From Octopus sinensis (lineage: Eukaryota): a DNA stretch of 64,000 nucleotides. The notes under the pieces are model-generated. The model saw only the letters and a list, made by a program, of their open reading frames with translations, made no database searches and was not told where the DNA came from. A program made the position numbers and the translations under genes. Below, piece by piece: positions 62,386-64,000 of the stretch. The stretch lies in contig NC_042999.1 in NCBI RefSeq assembly GCF_006345805.1, positions 38,440,001 through 38,504,000 on the forward strand, in the 5' to 3' direction. Positions within the stretch are counted from its first letter, which is position 1. Each line of letters begins with the position of its first letter.

Positions 62386-63602
62386 CTATGCACACATGTA
62401 TACATACACACACATATACACACACATACATACATATACATACACACATACATACACACACATATATATACATATATATACACTTACCCATACACATACA
62501 TATACATATCTACACATACACATATATGTATACATACACACACTCACATGCATACACGTATACACACATGTATATATACACACACGACCTCACATACATA
62601 TACGCACAGAAAAATATATATACACATACACACACATACTCACATACACGCATACACACACATATCCACACACACACATGCACACACAGCACATTAGTCC
62701 CTATATACACATATATACACATACACACACATATACACACACATACATACATATACATACATGTATATATATACATATGTGTACCTATGCAAACCTACAC
62801 ATACACACATATATATACACATACAATACAGACCCATTCCCTAATTTTAATTTTATTATCTTCGTTTATTACTTTTGTTATCTTTGGCCGCTTGGTCACA
62901 AACATCTTGGCTATGACAGCCAGTCCATTTATCTGTCTACTGGAAAACAAGCACTCATTCACTCACGCACACTCTTTAGCACGTACTCTCACTCATTCGT
63001 ACACTCATACACATACACGCACGCACGCGTTATATTCATACATACATCCATCTACATACATTCACGTATATACACATACGTACGCGTACCTACAGATTTA
63101 TGTCTACACTCTTAGAAGGCTAGTCTATATATATACACCAATACATATAAATACACACACATACATATACACCTACATACAAATACATACATGTATATAT
63201 AATATATATATATATATATATATTCACATATATATATACACATATATACACATACACATATATACACACACATACGCATACACACACATATACATATATA
63301 TACACTACACGCACATACACATGTACATGCGTACCCATACACACACACACACACGCGCGCATCCATATATACACATAAGTACACACATGCGTAAAAGTAT
63401 ACATATATCTATGCTTACACATACACACACACACACGCGCCTCCTTATATTCATACTTACATGCATACTCAAAAAATAAGTAAATAGTAAAATATATATA
63501 CGCGCAGTTATTCGTACATGCGTACTCAAAAAATAAATAATAAATATTAAGTATATGTACGTGCAGTTACCTATTATATAGACGGATACATACATACAAA
63601 CT

Positions 63603-63651
<49 letters not shown>

Positions 63652-64000
63652 TATATATATAATATACATATACATACATATATACACATACACATAACAT
63701 ACATATATACATACACATATATATACACACACACACATACACATACATATATACATATATATACATACTTACACACATGTACATATAAATACACACATAG
63801 ATAATCTACGTACCTACATATGCATAAACACACGAGCGTACGCGCATATTTACATATACAGATACACATACACACGCATATATATACATACATACATACA
63901 CATACACACATGTATACACACACACACATATATATATATATATTTATATATATATATACATACATATACACATATATATATATACATATATATATACATA
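62386..64000. repeat. Large degenerate (CA)n/(TA)n/(CATA)n low-complexity tract
   Basis: Direct inspection; source of the 363-aa and 239-aa H/T/Y/I-rich ORFs. Confidence 0.95.

Overview
AT-rich, microsatellite-dense eukaryotic DNA. The SINE, LINE and transposon families look like coleoid cephalopod (most likely Octopus) repeats; this is an inference from family recognition, not a database result. Most of the window is transposable elements: Penelope-like elements (PLEs; two Neptune-type RT+GIY-YIG remnants, a Penelope/Poseidon-type pair, several non-coding derivatives), a CR1-like LINE, RTE and L1/Tx1 fragments, an ORF1-only L1-like element, mariner/maT/Tigger remnants, Helitron-type MITEs and three SINE families. 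One candidate spliced host gene (three phase-compatible minus-strand exons, 11.2-14.1 kb) is visible. There is no credible rRNA, tRNA gene or CRISPR array, and most ORFs in the track are microsatellite artefacts. The main unexplained signal is a set of about 15 type-I hammerhead ribozyme (HHR) motifs in PLE-derived, (TA)n-flanked and often fold-back insertions. Their cores show all four Watson-Crick combinations at the tertiary 3:8 pair (C:G, U:A, G:C, A:U). One inverted arm breaks at the predicted cleavage site, one HHR is sense-oriented in a candidate host intron, and one PLE repeat carries a 5x CCAAT-N12-CRE array followed by a TATA box. All folds were read by eye and need computational and biochemical confirmation.
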